Shown here: piece after piece, positions 63,575 through 64,000 of the stretch
Layout of the letters: each line of letters starts with the position of its first letter
Position numbering within the stretch: the first letter of the stretch is position 1
Assembly: GCA_025352885.1 (NCBI GenBank)
Contig: JANXRZ010000235.1
Span: 1,856-65,855, forward strand
DNA length: 64,000 nt
Reading direction: 5' to 3'
Source of the DNA: Pseudomonadota bacterium
GTDB taxonomy: Bacteria > Pseudomonadota > Gammaproteobacteria > Burkholderiales > SG8-39
Notes under the pieces: model-generated
The model's database searches: none
The model's input: only the letters and a program-made list of their open reading frames with translations
What the model was told of the DNA's origin: nothing
Made by a program: the position numbers and the translations under genes

Positions 63575-64000
63575 TCAGCCTGAAGTCACTGGAGCGGTCG
63601 ACTGCAGATACTTCCCCTGCAGATAGCGCTCCAAGGCATCCCGCCACTGTGGAAGAACTATGCCCATGCTCTTCGCCCGCCGATTCGCCAATACCGAGAA
63701 TAGAGGTCTGCGCATGGTTCCTGAAATTCCGCCCCGGTCGACTGGAATAACCTGCGTCTGCAGGCCGAGTATCTGCACGATTGCCAGCGTAAACTCGTAC
63801 CAGCTGCACTGCCCCTCATTGACCAAGTGATAGATCCCAGGCTCCAGATTGGCTCGATCCACCATTTGGAGCACGGCCTTGCTCAGATCATCGGTCGAAG
63901 TAGGCGCGACAATTTGCTCCATTGCCATCTCGATAGTCTTGCCCGATCTGGCGTCATGCACCCGGCCGTCAACGAAATTGCCGCCTTTTGACCTCGCCCC
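63575..64000 (-). CDS. rfbD: dTDP-4-dehydrorhamnose reductase (5' end lies outside the window)
   Basis: GGNFV, Q...PT...DL, GIYHL.N.G.CSWYEF, RP..SVL, W..AL..YL; frame open to the window edge. Confidence 0.85.
   Translation of the reverse strand, partial: GARSKGGNFVDGRVHDARSGKTIEMAMEQIVAPTSTDDLSKAVLQMVDRANLEPGIYHLVNEGQCSWYEFTLAIVQILGLQTQVIPVDRGGISGTMRRPLFSVLANRRAKSMGIVLPQWRDALERYLQGKYLQSTAPVTSG

Overview
GC-rich, densely packed chromosomal segment of a betaproteobacterium (Burkholderiales-like synteny: argA-yggX-rpiA, aceE-aceF-lpdA with a lipoyl-bearing E3, folD-prlC-xth, glnA-DUF4124-ntrBC, thiC/pcm-rhodanese-tolC-waaA). About 66 CDS; I found no tRNA, rRNA, CRISPR array, integrase or transposase. 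Blocks: (1) 1-9.9 kb accessory genes (amidase, four small unknown ORFs including two paralogues, TctC/Bug receptor, flavin monooxygenase plus RraA-like protein, AraC-SRPBCC, two methyltransferases, a small Lys-rich protein missing from the ORF track); (2) 9.95-23.3 kb non-phosphorylative sugar-acid catabolic cluster with a FadR/GntR regulator, a sugar ABC transporter, TRAP QM without a P subunit, two dehydratases, two SDRs, an FAH hydrolase and an RraA/HMG aldolase; (3) 23.3-44.8 kb housekeeping genes (rsmE, argA, PDH, folD, prlC, xth, aceB, ntrBC, glnA with sigma54 promoter and NtrC sites); (4) TPP riboswitch-thiC followed by a cNMP-domain Ser/Thr kinase coupled to uppP; (5) 51.5-64 kb LPS core/O-antigen cluster with four GT9 proteins, DUF4254 and an RgpF-like unknown. 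Best novelty candidates are the small-protein cluster at 1.5-2.8 kb, the kinase-uppP coupling, the two-dehydrogenase sugar-acid funnel and the DUF4254/GT9 module. All family calls come from motif recognition by eye, not database searches.
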